Source: Polyangiaceae bacterium
GTDB taxonomy: Bacteria; Myxococcota_A; Polyangia; Polyangiales; Polyangiaceae
NCBI GenBank assembly: GCA_050287085.1
Contig: JBNKBE010000004.1
Location: forward strand, 254,722 to 318,721
Direction of reading: 5' to 3'
Length of the DNA: 64,000 nt
Positions 63,602 through 64,000 of the stretch are shown here, piece by piece. Position 1 is the stretch's first letter. Each line of letters starts with the position of its first letter. The notes under the pieces are model-generated. The model was not told where the DNA came from. It ran no database searches and worked only from the letters and a program-made list of their open reading frames with translations. The translations under genes and the position numbers were made by a program.

Positions 63602-64000
63602 TCAGTCGCGACCTTTCGCGTCTCGTTCCGACGCTTGCAAGCGTTCGAGTACTTCCGCCGCCAGCGCCGCATCGAGTCGGCCCGACGCCTGCAGGTGCGC
63701 GACAAGGGGCAATGCGGCGCTCAGCCCAGCCTGTGAGCAGGCCAGTGCCGACATTCTTCGCACGTCCACGCTTCGATGCTTGAGCCCTCGCAGCAGCATG
63801 CGCCGCGCCCGCTCATCCCCCAGGCGGACCAGCGCCACTCGCGCTTGCCAGCTGAAGGCCCCCGAAAGCCACCCAAAACCTCCGTAGGCCTCGCGCCTCA
63901 AGCCCGGCGCCGCTTCATGAATGCGCAGCTCCCCGACCAATTCGATTAGATTTTGCTGGTCGGCTGGTTCAGGCAGCCTCAGCCGCTGATTCACGGACTC
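63602..64000 (-). CDS. HEAT-repeat-like protein, 5' part outside the window
   Basis: Frame is open to the window end; ARVALVRLGD...DVRRMSALACSQAG helical repeats. Confidence 0.55.
   Translation of the reverse strand, partial: ESVNQRLRLPEPADQQNLIELVGELRIHEAAPGLRREAYGGFGWLSGAFSWQARVALVRLGDERARRMLLRGLKHRSVDVRRMSALACSQAGLSAALPLVAHLQASGRLDAALAAEVLERLQASERDAKGRD

Overview
GC-rich (roughly 65%, estimated by eye) bacterial chromosomal window. The gene content suggests Myxococcota, probably Polyangia-like (inference): Hanks-type kinase with TPR partner, bactofilin, sigma54 activator, very long low-complexity IF-2, and large OmpA/carboxypeptidase-like outer-membrane protein. It is mostly housekeeping: gltBD, gltA, pheA, argG, eukaryote-type hisA, oadGAB, rimP-nusA-ylxR-infB-rbfA and lpdA, plus envelope and lipid genes. 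No rRNA, tRNA, CRISPR, transposase or prophage gene was recognised. The most notable unexplained signals are: (1) a ~206-nt non-coding segment (3466-3671) that hand-folds into a long rod with about 10 G-U pairs, all on the + strand, with its own sigma70-like promoter and ending at the stop codon of a sigma54 activator; (2) a perfect 28-bp palindrome upstream of a sigma54-like promoter for the Ser/Thr kinase; (3) an orphan FlhB/SctU gene; (4) several apparent pseudo-enzymes (Fic, nucleotidyl cyclase, SirB1-like); (5) short ~3-copy tandem repeats sitting at convergent gene ends. All calls come from motif recognition by eye; no database search or folding program was run.
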